A DNA stretch of 64,000 nucleotides from Bispira polyomma (taxonomy: Eukaryota). The notes beneath the pieces are model-generated. The model was not told the origin of the DNA, did not search any database, and saw nothing but the letters and a program-made list of their open reading frames with translations. The translations under genes were made by a program, and so were the position numbers. The number at the start of each line of letters is the position of its first letter. Positions within the stretch are counted from its first letter, which is position 1. Of the stretch, positions 63,485 to 64,000 are shown piece after piece. The stretch lies in contig OZ287758.1 of NCBI GenBank assembly GCA_965649765.1, positions 33,418,001 through 33,482,000 on the forward strand. Direction: 5' to 3'.

Positions 63485-64000
63485 ATGGGTCCCAAACCAA
63501 AACACTAGAGGTCACACTAAAGATCCTGATGATCTGACAGGGATAAAAGAATCACTTGTAGAAATCACGACCAAGCTTAACGACATTAACCAGTGTAAAT
63601 CCGACCTTAGTGAGTTATTGTCCATAGTTAAAGAATTGAGAAAAGAAAATCAGCTGAAAGATTTGAAAATTAAAGAACTTGAGAAATGCGTTGATGATCT
63701 TGAACAGTTCACAAGAATGGACAATCTTGTAGTTTCGGGTCTAAAAACACAACACCGTACTTACGCAAGAGCAGCATCACCTAGAATCTCAGACCGTGAC
63801 CATCAACATGCCCCGCAAGACGAACTTGACTCACTTGAAGAAACTCTCACCAATTTTATTAGTAATAAGCTAGGAATCACAGTATCCACTGAAGACATTT
63901 CGGCGTGCCACACTTTGCCCAGTAGGAAAGACATCCCAGACATTGTTGTACGTTTTGTAAATAGAAAAACTAAAAACAGGTTGGAAGAAAAACCTATATT
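63485..64000 (+). mobile_element. LINE ORF1p (coiled coil plus RRM, L1TD1/Transposase_22-like), running off the window
   Basis: Coiled coil, then DDLEQFTRMDNLVVSGL...DISACHTLP...IVVRFVNRK; frameshift/stop near the ATG. Confidence 0.82.

Overview
AT-rich, intron-containing animal genomic DNA, probably lophotrochozoan (annelid- or mollusc-like, inferred from the protease and SINE types). Most short ORFs in the six-frame track are spurious. Host genes: (1) an apparently intact 7-exon chymotrypsin/elastase-like S1A serine protease on the minus strand (22161-27870) with a TATA box; (2) a multi-exon mitochondrial-clan (CYP24/27-like) cytochrome P450 pseudogene on the minus strand (~40720-49757), whose heme Cys codon is TGA. 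The rest is mobile DNA: three divergent tyrosine-recombinase (DIRS/Ngaro-like) retrotransposons plus two probable 3' relics, a full-length intron-containing DD35D pogo transposon with a PHD finger, L2/L1/other LINE fragments, a Gypsy fragment, tRNA-derived SINEs, MITEs and a Helentron-like tandem-repeat element. Best candidate novelty: in all three YR retroelements the recombinase frame lacks its own ATG and starts right behind a pyrimidine-rich AG placed just after the end of pol, suggesting expression by splicing. Their 3' regions also carry clustered palindromes. All calls come from manual reading; no database search was run.
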